Below are positions 39,918 through 53,479 of a stretch of 64,000 nucleotides of DNA, one piece after another. The stretch's first letter is position 1; every line of letters starts with the position of its first letter. The notes under the pieces were generated by a model. It did no database searches. It saw nothing but the letters and a program-made list of their open reading frames with translations, and was not told where the DNA came from. The stretch spans positions 4,820,336-4,884,335 of the forward strand of contig NW_002060948.1 of assembly GCF_000150275.1 (NCBI RefSeq), given 5' to 3'. A program made the translations under genes and the position numbers. This DNA comes from Trichoplax adhaerens (taxonomy: Eukaryota > Animalia > Placozoa).

Positions 39918-42900
39918 TTATTTAGTATTTGCCCTAATCTTAGCCAGTATAGCCTCTCTTTTAACAGTAAGTGTATTGACATTTGTGTCTTGTTGCTTTC
40001 TATTAGTTTTTATTGCCGTATCTAGGCGATCAATTTCGTTATCCATTTGTAATAATTCATTGCTTATCTTTTCGTATTTTTTCATGGTAACTTCCATAGA
40101 ATCTCCTATGGCTACGTCTTGACTACCTAAGCTGTTTTTTCGTTGCACTGGGCTACTAGAAGACCAATTCGACTCTTGCTGATGGTTTGCTTTGGAATGG
40201 CTATATGTACGCTTCCTAATTGTACTACCAATATGGCGATGATGCTGATTACTTATTATTTTCTTAATATTATTTAAATGTTTTGTTGCTTCATCACGCT
40301 TTAACATGATTGAATTTCGATTTTTCTTGTATTGAGTATCAAATCGAGCTGCACGTTGATTTTCATCTTCAATGGCTGCATTATACTGTTCGATAACAGA
40401 AATTTCCGGAGTCCCACTGACGGGTGATGGTAATCTCCAAGTATTAGATTTACTTCTGACTTTCTCTAGAAATTCGTTCTCTATGTTATCGATGCTAAGA
40501 ACCTCAGCCTGAATTCAGATTAAAATACAACCGTTAATTAGTGCAGCAAAGGTGCAATTGATTTTATCTAGTCGTAAAAAATATATTATTCTAGCTTTTA
40601 ATAATAACTCACCGTTTCAGATTCTTTAATAGGGGAAGCATCATTGGACGACGGTGATAATAAACGAATATCAGAGTTATTCAGCGAATTAATTAACCTT
40701 TCTTTTTGAGCTTTTAACTGAGAAACCAACTTTTCTTTAGCTGATTGCTGTTTGTCCATACGTGATTCTTGTAGGCCTTTGGCGACTAATTGCGGACTAT
40801 TCGGGTTTGAATTTTGTTTTCGTATCGACGTCGAATCACTTGCTGTGGTCAATATGATTTCAGAATTATTCGGCTTTAAAGCATGGTAATCGTTTTGGTC
40901 TAATTTTGTTACATCAGCTAAGGAATCTAGCGGTAGCTGCTGCGGCATTGCTTCGTCATGAGCTTCATTTTGTCGATCATGATGTTGGCTATCAGTGTTA
41001 TCCACTTCTTTTTCTGATGAATTCTTAGTTGCATTGTCTGAAATCGATTGATTATCGTTGTTTCTTTTTTTCTTCCTTAATATACTTAGCTTTTTTGCTT
41101 TAGGTTTACCGCTTGCTTCCATAATTGCTTGCGATAATGCATATATCCAACTGGTTCTTGTCTCCAGTGAAGTACAGCTGTAATAGTATGTTTTTAAGAG
41201 ACCCGTACTTAACGAAAATATATAACGATGATTTCTACTACCAACAGCTCTCACATCATAGCCCCTTAGAAGTAGAGAATCAGAGGGAGCTGCATCATTC
41301 GGCTCCTTATAGCAATGTAAAGTCATTGAAGATAGTGTGAACCAATACGATGTCCATTTACCAACTGCGTTTTTTCTTTCTAAAAAGCCATAACAAGAAG
41401 AGCCTTGCACTGCTTGATGATGAAACAATTTAGATTCTCCATTGACGTTATTTTGTGGAGATGAAAGACTATTCTTCATAATGGATGACTTTTCACCATC
41501 AACTGATTCAGACGGATCGAATGTCAGAGTTAAGGGACGACGTTGATATAAGAAAGACCTTCCCTATATATTGGAAGAGATCAATTCGGGTTATATCTGA
41601 GTTAAGAAGGAAAGAAATTTGAGTTTATACCAGCATAAACCGAAGTCATATACTATCTAGCGATTGTGTAAAGTATACCAGCAACCTACGATATTCTTCT
41701 AAGAGATAAAAGTTTGCAAATAGGTTATAGGCTATGTCTATTAGAGCCTTGTCTATACTTTACTATGGAATAGGATAATCTTGAGATCATAATAATTATT
41801 TGCTATCGTAGTTCTTTTCGTTTTCATGACTACTACTTGATAATAAATAGCCTAGGCCCGCTATTCAGCTAAAATACTCATAGGATACCATGAAAGAATA
41901 AATAATCAAATTAATTTGAAATTGAGCAGATATAACAAGGAACTAGTTTTACATTTATCCTTTGTTGCTACAATAATTTGCCCTTATTTAATATATTTAA
42001 ATAGGAGAAAGATTATCTAACTGAAATACAGTACTTTCTCTTTAATGAAAAAAATTGACAGGGAATTAAATTATCCAAAAATGCTAGACAATGTAGCTAA
42101 ACAACGTCTTAAGTCCTATAAAGTAATTGTCCTTTTAATTTTATTATTACTGAGAGGAATATGATATCGATTACATTGCTAAACAACGTACTAAGTTTTA
42201 TAGAGTAGCTGCCCTTTTAATCTCATTATTACCAGCAGAAATATAACATTTATTACTTGTAAAACAACGTAAATCTACTCATACGGAAGCAAAATATCTA
42301 ACGCTATTTTCTAATTAATAGTAAAATGTACAGAGAATTAAAATATCCAAAAATGCTAGACAAAGTGGCTATCCAGCGTGCTTAGGTTTATAGAGTAGAT
42401 GTCCTTTCAATGTCGTCAATAGGATTATAAATATTCATTACTTATAAAGCAAAGTGTAATATCATGGCTAAAACCTATTAGCGATCTGCTCGTATTGATG
42501 GAAGATCTTAATATTTGACTAAGGCGATAAATGATGAAATAAGCAACTCTCACCTTGCGATGATTTCTACTCGGTTTTGGTTTAATTACAGTAGTATCAT
42601 CTCCGGCATTTTGATTTATTATTGGCTGATTATTATCCTCTTCAGATGCAGCGCTAAGTTGACTAAATTCGCTCTCAATGGCATTAACCCAACTGTCCTG
42701 CTGGGTTTTATTGGATGCGCCTAAGACCAATCGGCCGTTGGGATGCATTAACTCGAAAACATATAATTTCTTCTCCCCGGTGGCTTGCTTAGTATTATTT
42801 TTAATTCTTCTTACTTCATTACATGTTACTAATCGGCAATGGTCTAAACGGTAGATATTCTCGGGCGGCGCTGTATCATAAACTGTTTCATATAAATAAA

Positions 42901-43459
42901 ATGATTGATGTCCTACTACACACCATCTTTTAGTATAATTTTGCCTATCATTTTCGTCTTGACCTTGATTTGGGCATAAATATAAATATCCACTCATGTT
43001 GTTGGATATAAAACGATTAGTGCTTGTATTTGCCTCTTTATTCAATGCTTGACTACTATCCTGATCGAGATCTTTTACAGGTTCTACCTCAGCATGGTCG
43101 CCATTGCTTTCATCTTGTGAGTATTCGTCTTCACTAGTGGTAATAGGGTTGCAATGTAATATCTGTTGGCCATCCATTTTGTGATCTTTTGTGTCTTCGG
43201 TTAAAGTCATTTTGGAGTCGCTATTAGTAAGCTTTTGAGCAAAATGATTATTCAAGGTATGTCCGTTAGATTCTACTCGTAAACTAGCCATTGCCTTGCC
43301 GATCTTACGTTCATCGCTATCGAAATCATTGTTCGTATTGGCATCTGAATTTTTAAACTTTGGCTCAATAGTATAGATATGATTAATATGAGTGCAGTCT
43401 GGACGGCTAGAGATTGAATGTAAATTAGTTAACGATGAAGATAGTTTTCGATTAAGAAC
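39918..43459 (-). CDS. Tandem PH-domain adaptor with C-terminal coiled coil (AFAP1-like), last three exons: 43459-42554, 41563-40613, 40508-39918
   Basis: Phase-0 GT-AG junctions (AAG|GTGAGA..TAG|GGA; ACG|GTGAGT..CAG|GCT) give a continuous frame. PH1 SGYLY...KRWCVV...LVLGASNKTQQDSWVNAI; PH2 GFLERKNAVGKWTSYWF...SWIYAL; heptad-rich C-terminus. Confidence 0.85.
42064..42411. repeat. Nested degenerate intronic repeats (about 82 bp and about 273 bp periods)
   Basis: aattaaa.tatccaaaaatgctagacaa occurs twice; aaacaacgt...tata.agta..tg.cctttt recurs three to four times. Confidence 0.7.
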
Positions 43460-46400
43460 CTATAGGAAAAATCATATTTGAAAAAACAAATTAATAATAT
43501 AATTATAGTCAGGCAACATTATCTTGCACAAAAGCAAAATAAGGCGTTGTTTTTTTAAGTTTATGAGACAGGCGCAGCTGTTATTAAACATTTCGCATCT
43601 TATTGATGGCAGAGATTAGAATTTATAAGGTAATTAATTACTTTAATTAATTTTAATGCAGAAATGATCACAATAGATTGCTTCCTCAATTGTAAGTAAA
43701 GTTCAAGTTCTTACAATACTGATGTGCTAAAACGATTATGATGTCATTAATAATCAGCGGCTAAATATTGTAGTTAAAAGCATATTTTGCTTCATTTTAA
43801 TGGTGTAAAGTCAAGTCCTTATTAATCGTAAGTAACATTCTTACTAACGCAGTGGCGATATTTAATCGTCCAGACCAATTTCTTGCCAACTAGCAAAACG
43901 ATCTCTAGGTGTTACAACTTTAATGTCAAGATACACAATTTTGTAGAGGTAACATTTTAATTTTTAATAAAAAATAGCATGATCATTTACGGTATTAATT
44001 ATACCACACATGTCTTTATAGGCATCTAGAATTCTTTTAAATTATTCTAGGTAAGCATGAAACCCTCGTAGTTAGATATGTCTTGCAGTTTTTATCCCAA
44101 ATGATAGCCAATTGAACCGTTTTAAATACTATTATCCGCTATATCTAGCAAAAATTGGTTAATCTATGACTTGGTAAACGGACTTGAAAGTTATCGTACT
44201 AGCCCTAGTAGCGCTATTTCTGATGCAAAATTAGACATACCATACTAGTAGAATCCGCCTTCATGTCATGTCACACTGTCTATTAACTAAATTGACTGAT
44301 CAGCTCTATAGCCTAATCGGTAAAACTCTCATTTCAATGTTCATATCTTATTCAAGACTGCTATGCTGGAAATTTAGTAGAAAAGCTTTGCTGCAAGTAA
44401 ATAATTCTATAATCAATTATAAGCTGACCTTTTCGTAGTTTGGTCAGTAAACCTTTAGACTTAAACGCTCTCGTCTACCTTATTCAAGACCAACATGAAA
44501 CATTATCAAGTTATAAAGATTACGAATTAGCCGCTAATTATGACTTGCGGTACCTGATAATTAGCCTGGAAGGATGAAAAACGTCCATTGCATGATATAA
44601 TGAATTCATCATACTGGTCAGCATTCATCATAAGGTTTATGATCAATATTAAAGAGGGAACTTACTATGTTGTGTCTACTGTAGGAAAATCATGATTGAG
44701 TGAACACAAAGTGAAGGGGTATCTTATGGCATGAACTTCATAAAATAACTTTTCAGCCATCTATTCTCTTTCTTATTAACATATTCTTGTGAATAATGGC
44801 ATATTACTGTATTATGTATCCCACGTGAGATTTGGATAGCAAAAGAAAAGTTCATCTAGAAAGACCTTAAATATATTATTAATGGACTTTGGGATATATT
44901 TATAGACGTACAGGAAAGAGTTGCATGAGAAAATTTGCTAAGTAAAATTTTACCTAAAAACTCAATTCGATCATAAAAATAGAGCAATATTGCAGTAATA
45001 TGCCGTAGTAAGTCAAGACCACAATTTTGCTTGCAATTTGACCTATGCTAATGAAGGGGTAACGATAAATAATAGCCCTATTTAAGGCAGAAAATTTGAA
45101 CGCAAATATACCAAACATCAGAAATAGTAGCCTCTACACTAACAGGTTATGTAATATATCAAAATGACGGCAATATTTAGTTTTCAAGTAACTCGTAATC
45201 TAAAATGTTGATGAAAATTTCATTACTGGAATTATGACGAAAATATCGAGCTTTTACAATCTTGTTAATTAAGAAAAATTAAAAACGAGATCAAATTGAT
45301 GTTCTACCCGAGCAAAATGAAAATTCAAAAAGAATAAGTATGATGATCATTTAATAACAATGTCTCAAACATTGTCGATTAAATCAGAATAATTTTAATA
45401 TGCGATAGCCCGCTATCAAAATCAAATCTAATTTATAATGACACTCAATGATGCGTTAAAACTTACAACTCATAACTATAAAACCAGACAAAATCATCTT
45501 TTCAGCATTTTACATGCTGTTATTTAGCTAGTAACTTAAGTTATGAGTCATCTTTGCTATTGATCATGTTAATATTATACACATTTCAAAATTATAGAAA
45601 CGAAATAAAAGGAGAAAAACCGTACCGTCACATAGTAGGTAATTGCTACTTGACATCAATATCATTTGTCTCCAATTTCGCCAATAAATCAAAGCTGATC
45701 GATAACACTTTCTGACGCCTTGGCTTACAAAAATATTTTTTCGATGTCTACGATAGTTTGATTGCTTAATTGCCAGTAGAAATATAAAATCAAATTTGTT
45801 TTGTTTATTCGTGTTGATTTTAAATGAGGCCAATAGAAATAAGTGATCCTGAACTCGTTTATTCTTTATCCTTTTTTTTATTCCAGCTTTATCATGCCAT
45901 TTGTTGAATAATTCATAATATGATCATACGTTAATTAGCATTCCTAAGTTTTATTAAGGACAGTATTGACCTTTTTCCATAGAAAAAGACTCTTCATTGA
46001 ATTCTTAGCTGAGGAAATGGATTGCTTTGTATTACCCTTTTAGTTAACTGTTAAAACAATACACACGTAAACCTTCAATCTATCAATCAACATCTGCCTA
46101 AGCAAATAGAATCGCTGTGTAACAATATCAAATGGGCTTCATCGTTGTATATTAAGTAAATCATATAAACAAATGATATAGTACGTCAATGATGTCGCTA
46201 AATCCTTTTATACATCAAAGAAAAGCTCTACTTTAGTTCTGTTTGATTAGATGAAAGCAATAACGATATCAATGTTTTTAAATTAAGACTGCTACTAAAG
46301 TCCATAACTTAATTCAATGTAATCACTTTTTTCGTAGTGATGGTAATATTCTCTTTCATGACGACAAGACAATTGGGAATGGTATCCTCATGAACAGCTA

Positions 46401-46576
46401 ATAATGGGTTACCTTCGTTTCATTTCTGCCAACTTAGCTAATGAATTAAAATATGCATTAGCAATAACAGCAACTAGACAGGATGCTCTAAAGCAATCAC
46501 TCAAGTCGATAGCTTATATTTAATGTTAAATAGGACATACAATACACCATCTATAAAAGCGATGATACGACAGTAT

Positions 46577-47278
46577 TTAGTGAGTATTCACTAATTTCTT
46601 TCCTAACTAAATAAAATGGCGAGAACTACCATTGATTAAAATAATCTCTTGAGCCTAGAGGTTCAAACTACTGTATTTATTTTTCATATAAGTAACAATG
46701 TCATTCTGTCAACAAGATTCACTGGCATCAGGGACTAACTAGAACAACCGTTAGTAATATGTTAGTGAATATTCACTCATTTCTTTTCAAACCAAATAAA
46801 GTAGTGGTCTACTATGAATAATCTCTCAAGCTTAGAGGTATAAACGTAATGTATTTATTTTTAATATAAATAATAAGGCCATTTCTTTGGACTAACTGGC
46901 ATCAGGGAACCAACTAGAACAACAGCTCGTAATATGTCGGCGAGTATTTACTTGTTTTTTCAAATAGAATGAAATAGAAAGGCCTATCATGGATTATAAC
47001 AATCTCTTGAGTCTAGAAGTTCAAATCTACTGTATTTATTTTTCTTGTAAGTAACATTATCATTCTGTCAACAAGATTAACGAGCATCAGGGACCCCAAC
47101 TGGAATAATCGTTAGTAATACTTTAGTGAGTATTCTCTTATTTTCTTTCCAAATGAAGTAAAATAGGGAAATCTACCTTGAATAATTTCTTGAGCCTAGA
47201 GCTTTAAACCGACTGTATTTATTTTTCATAAAAGTAATAATGTCATACCATTAACAATATTAATTCGTATCAGTGAGT
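46577..47278. repeat. Diverged tandem repeat, 4 copies of 175-186 bp
   Basis: Units start near 46577, 46762, 46937 and 47123 and share gagtatt, tctcttgagcctagag, tgtatttatttt and gcatcaggga. Confidence 0.9.
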
Positions 47279-48370
47279 AATTTGCATCTTTTTATCAGCT
47301 AAATAATAGTACCTATTTTCTAATTACTATGGCAAAAGAATGCCTGTATCTAAGATAAAGCTGTTAATACTATATTTTGTATCTAGAATTTATAAACAAA
47401 TCCAATTAAAAATTCGAATTAATAGGAAAGCCTTTTAATGGATACTGTCTTGAAAGTATGGTCGATATATTTTCTGCTTCTATTTTATAGTGAAAATAAT
47501 TTTCATCCATCTCTAATTCCATTACACAAGTATTTCTCTCATCTCCGATAAATGAATGTTCAGTATTGTAGTATAACAATTATTTTATCCACTTTACTCC
47601 TTTATTAAAGGGAGAGAACTACTGCATACTACTGCGAAAAAAATATCCATACGAATCAAACAGTAAAATCAAAAGTAAGCTGCATACGCTATGACTAGCT
47701 ACAATAGTATTCAACCATAGTCATTATGGTAATTGTTGAGGAAAAATTAAATAACAAATCAAGATAAAAGAGCATTGCTACTTGTTGTTATTTTTCAATC
47801 AGAAAAGCTAAGTATGTTTTTTCCGTAATGGGGCCTAAAATGGTAAACAACAACAATTTCTATAGCCATTGGATTATTCCAATAGCATCCATTGATATTT
47901 ACTTTTGCCCTCCAAAAAAACAATTACTAGAAGTAATTTGTCATCTCATTACAGTCCAAAAATAAATGGGATAATCAATGATTTTTTTCAGTTTTTCTTC
48001 CCTTACAAATGAGGGAACTTGTGAGCTTGAAGTAAACAATCAAAGACGAATGATATAACAGTCTAGAATTATTTTTGTATATTGATTTCATGTAGTAGTT
48101 CAATAAACTATCATAAATACATCCATGTCATTTAGAATGGCAGAAAATGATAGCGTTTTATGGGATTATCTTGACGTAGTAAATAAAATTGGAGCTATGT
48201 TGTTCGCTACTATTAGTATTACTTAAGCGAACGTAGACAACACTCAACAAGTTTTTATAACGATATTGAGTTATGAAACCTGTAGAAAAGGCTAATCATT
48301 AGCTTTGATAATAAATGTTAGGAATTAATATATCAATTTCTAAAATGCTTATTCTAGTTTTATACTCTTT

Positions 48371-48818
48371 AAAACTCAGATAGTATCTGATGGAACTTAC
48401 GAAATAGTTGATAATAATAGCTATGATCTTTTTTATAATCTTTCAAATATAAAGACTATTTGAAATATTATTATTCAATCACTAAGCTAACATAAAAGAA
48501 CAGTAGGATCATGATGATAGAGAATCAAGACCATCTGAAGTGCATCACTTGCTATGATTTCCTTAATTCATATATATAACCTATATATATATATATCGCG
48601 GTACTTGTTCTGGTTTTATATTATCTAAAACTCAGATTGTACCTACTAGGACTTAGGAGAGGATTCATACTAGTTTCGACGATCTTTTTAGCTATTTTTC
48701 AAATATAAATCTAATATAGGATATTATGTTCCAATCACTAGATTTGCACGAAGGAATAATAGGACCATGATGATAGAGAATCAAGACCACCTAAAGTACG
48801 TCACATACTATAATTTCC
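48371..48818. repeat. Tandem duplication, period about 256 bp, copies separated by a (TA)n tract
   Basis: aaaactcagat...tcaaatataaa...caatcacta...catgatgatagagaatcaagacca at 48371-48562 and 48627-48818. Confidence 0.85.
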
Positions 48819-49598
48819 GCAATAACAAATTTTTGTTTGCTGCATTATGTAGCATTGCTTTGTATTTAGTGATCTTAATTCCATTAATAACATAAATTCG
48901 AAGTAAAGGTCACTTCAGAAAGTACCAGTCGTAAATGTCATATTAAAAGTATTCCACGATTATCATTGTACTGTATAACTATTTACGCAAGATTATCTTA
49001 CGTAAGCAAAGTGTTTTGCAGAAGTAATTTGTTCATTATTCTTCCTTACCAAATACTTTATTGCTGAGTTTTGTTCAGTAAATTGAATTATTACTATCTC
49101 ATGTTTAAATTAAAAACAATCCAATTCTTCAAATAAGAGGCATTACATCACTACCTCAGAGGGATTTTATAAATTAATTATTATTCTTAATGACGGAGTT
49201 TCATTGATGATCTTTACATTAACCATCTGCTCAATACTCATCAGCTTATGCAGTATTTAGCTAACGTAATTATATCCTGGATATACACTAAAACAACTAA
49301 ATTTGTTCCAAAACTACCGTACCTTATGGTCTATTTATAAGGACAATAAACTCTTAACCAATTCTTAATTGACTGTTTGATATTTAAAACAACAATTGGA
49401 TGACTGTTAATTTTTGTTACCTGCTTGACGTGAAGGGTTGTTTTCATTAATTTCAATATATCTCATCGTAATCACTGCAATGACAGTTTAAAATATTGTA
49501 TACCTTACTATTTAACTGTTTTGAGGAAGGGACGTGACAATAACTATCATCAAGTGAAAGGCTTGTATCAGTGCCGCCTATTTGATTTTCCGTATTAG

Positions 49599-51195
49599 TC
49601 ATCTTCGTATACGTCAATAATAATAATAATAAAGTTCCCCTTCTAATTTGTATAAGGCAATAGCATGAGTCAGTCTAAGTAAGCAAGAATTCAATGATTT
49701 CATGATCGTATTATGAATCTTTGACGTAATATTTAGAAGTGTTCTGCTAGTATATAAATTAACCGCTTTTCTTACACCTGTGAGACTAATATCATAATTA
49801 GCAGTCAATTCTTTCGCCCATTCTTCTAGTTAGTTAGGAATCAGCCGTTCATATCTAATATCAGACTTAGAATTACTTAACGTGCACTATAGTACAATAG
49901 CCTAATATTATTAATCTAAATTGTAATAAGAGAAAATTAAACTGCCACAGAAACTAAGCACCACAAGTCTGCTGTCAGTTTTGTCCTCCTTGACATTTAC
50001 CTATAGTATGGCTTTAAATACTGACAATCTCTTATCGCCAGGAGGAACAATAGTACCTCTAGTCTTTAAACAAACTGAACCCAAAACCTTATTGAAATCA
50101 GTCAAATTATAGTCAATATACGTAAATGTTAGTTATCAGTACTCAGATAATGTTATAAAATTGTACTTTTATCTATTTAAAATATATAAAACGTCATAGA
50201 TAAATCAATATTAACGAATACTTAGATAGGTTATCTTAATATTGAAATTATGTAACAACAGCTATGCAAAAGTTACTTAGTAACCCCTGATTACGAAATT
50301 ATCTCATTCATGTAATGGTACCGCATTTCTTACATATATAAGATGGAAAATAACAGTTGTAGTCTATTCTGTCGATCATTTGTCATCATTTTATGCGTCA
50401 ATAATAATAATAAAGTTCCTCTTCCAATATATTTAAGGCAATAGGATGAGTCAGTCAAAGCAAGCAACAGTTTAAAGTTTTTCATGATTGTATTAAAATT
50501 TTTGACGTAATATTACTATGTGTTCTGCTTCTACATAAATTCGCCATTTTCCTCAAACATTTGAGACTAAGAGCAAGACTTGCAGTATATTCTTTCGCTC
50601 ATTTTTCTTCTTGGTTAGAAATCAGCTTTTCATATCTTATATCACGTTATAACTAATTTGGATTTAGATTTACTTGATATGCACTGTATTGCAATAAGCA
50701 GATTACGAATTATCTCATTTATTCTTCTTCCCATATAATATACCGCATTTCTTTCCTATGTGAGATAAAAATAAGAATTGCAACTATTCTTTTGATCAGC
50801 TGTCATCTTCGTATACACCAATAATAATAATAAAGTTACCCTTTTAATTTATTTAAGGCAATAGCATGAGTCAGTCAAAGTAAGAACAGTTTAATGTTTT
50901 TCATTATCGTTTTATGAATTTTTGATGAAATATTATTATGTATTCTACTTTCATATAGACTAATACTAAGCCTTGCATTGTATTCTTTTGCCCATTCTTT
51001 CATTAATTAGAAATCAGCTTTTTATATCTAATATCACTTTGTAACTTATACAGATCTAGATTTACTTGACATGCACTGTAGAGTAATAACCAGATTACGA
51101 ATCATCTGATTTATCCTGCTTCCCATATAATGCCCTGTAATTCTTGCCTGTATGAGGTGGAAAATAAGTAATGCAGTGTATTCTTCCGATCATTT
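49599..51195. repeat. Three-copy repeat of about 420 bp; copy 1 interrupted by about 390 bp
   Basis: gtcatc...caataataataataaagtt...taaggcaatag.atgagtcagtc starts at about 49599, 50383 and 50802. Confidence 0.88.
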
Positions 51196-53187
51196 CCTAC
51201 TTAATTTCCTTTAGGAATCATCGATTTTTATAGTATCATTTTCTGGCTATTTTAGGGCCATATTTGCATAACATATGACATAGTGTTTAAATTTATTATC
51301 AATTCCCCCCCCCCTCTACTTTTCATTTAGTGTTCCGCATTTCTGCCTATTTAAGATTAAATGTAAGACTTATAGTCCTATCTTTCGCCCATTATTACTC
51401 TAATTATTAATTTGAGATAAAGATTTTCAATACCGATATCACTTTCAAACGACTGTAATTTAGATTCATATCCCGTTAAACCATAAAGTTGTAAATTCAT
51501 CCTAAGTAGCGATTATTTTTATTTGTAATGCGTCCCTTACCGGCAAGAAATTTCTTGCTTATTTCAATTGTGGTTCTAATACTGAGTTAAAATCATTTTA
51601 CTTCTAGTCCTTATCATCTACTTTACAGTATCTCATATTGGATAAATTAATTGCTTCTCTCCATTCTCAATCTAGCAATTAGATACGTAATTTTAATAAT
51701 TCTATTCAATATTATTGATGTTATGAATACGTAAAATGGGACGTAATAATTAATTTAAGGCTTTCTCAACCGATATAATTTCAATGGTTCCATCAAATGC
51801 CATTAGGGCAACGTAAATCTGAAATTGTATATTTTAATTTATTCGTTCCATTATCAGCCTAGCAATACAATATACAATTTTAGTAGCTTCTACAAATACT
51901 TCTAATCTCATACACATCTGAAATGAGACATGTTAATTAAATCACTGTATTCTCAACTTAGATTTATAAATATAAGAGTTCTAGTAAAATCCCATCAATG
52001 CGAAGTATATTTGAGAAGGGATTTATTAATTAGTTCACTCTAATTATCCATTCAGGCATTAACTTCCCCAAGAAGTCTTTGTACATTATCCGCTTTAAAT
52101 ATTTAATGGCCAACAAGAGAAAGCAAATAAATCCCTCAATAATGGTTTGTAAAAGCAGCTGATAATGCTAACTCATTTAATCACTAATGTGTTATGCTCA
52201 CATTAGAATTTTGCTGAATATAAGATACAAGGTGATATAAAATTTGAAGTGACGGATGCTTAGTTGATTACGAAATTACTGACATACTAAACGTAAACAA
52301 GTCATTTCAGATATGGATATTACAATCACAAATATTAGTCATGAACTTCATATTTAGTAAATGCATAATTCTGAATTATTGATGACGTGATTAATTATCG
52401 GATGGCCAGATGCAACCGTTTTAAATTATACTCCTATTTCAATGAAAATCTTGTTTATAATGAGGCTATGATTAACTGGAATATTATTTATATTACATAC
52501 GAATCTCTACAAGCAAGTAAATGAAAAATAATAGCTGATGTTACACGGCTTGATATACGAGGTAGACTAGTACCGATTATATCCGTACACAAATAATTAC
52601 TGGAAGAGTAATACTAATTAATATCCGGTTATAAAGTAAATTTTCTGATTTATTGAGGGGAAGAATACTTATTTTATGCTAAAATTCGCTCCTTTGCCAT
52701 AATAAATAAAATTAAGGAATCAATTTTAATTTTTTTACATCAAGAAAATTAAGGAATATCAATCAGTATTTTATTCGTCATTTTTATTGTTCCACAAATT
52801 GATTACATCACGCCTATAGTAGCCAAACAGTTTTATACGAAAATTTGAAACTGATTCTTTACTGCACATAGTACAGTTAAATATTGAACTAAATTTATTT
52901 CTAAAATGCAATTGGAAAGCAAATTTATAGTAACATCGCAATAATATCATTTAGGATCTTTTTATTCAGCGATTTTAATATTCCTTAGTCCAAAAAATGA
53001 ATAAATCATTTCTAATTTCCAACAGATAATATCCTTCATATCGGAGGTGAACTCAGACTTGATATAAAACTCTTGCTCACTATGCATTGAAAAGATCATC
53101 TATGGCCCTTTTTCAGTAATTTTAAAACCTTGAAATTTAAGGAAAATAGATTGATTACAGCTCTAATTTGCAACTGTCAAACTGATA

Positions 53188-53479
53188 TTGAACTCTCACA
53201 CTCGATGATTGAATGACATCATCCTTAATATCATTCTAAGATTTCTTAGCCAAAGAATTGCAGAAATTTAATAAACTAGTTTGAATGCCTCTCCACGTAA
53301 TTTAGAACAGAAGTGTGATTTGTGTTACTTACGTATAAGCTTAGTTCTCATTCACAACTATCAAATTGTCATTGAACTCCTACATAAGATGATTTAATGA
53401 CATCATTCCTAGTATTATTCTGAGATTTCAAAACCTAAAAAGCTGAAGTAACTTAACAAAGCCGGCTCGAAAGCCTCTC
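53188..53479. repeat. Diverged two-copy repeat, period about 184 bp
   Basis: ttgaactc...gatgatt.aatgacatcat.c.ta.tat.attct.agatttc...gcctctc appears twice. Confidence 0.75.

Noticed and set aside
48983-49005. Imperfect palindrome ttacgcaagattatcttacgtaa (also atgcgtattttatacgcat near 20511)
   Set aside because: Short isolated hairpins with no associated element ends; expected by chance.
49614-49808. 64-aa ORF ending YYYYY
   Set aside because: Lies in a repeat unit; sister copies have stops and frameshifts, and poly-Tyr reflects the (AAT)n tract.
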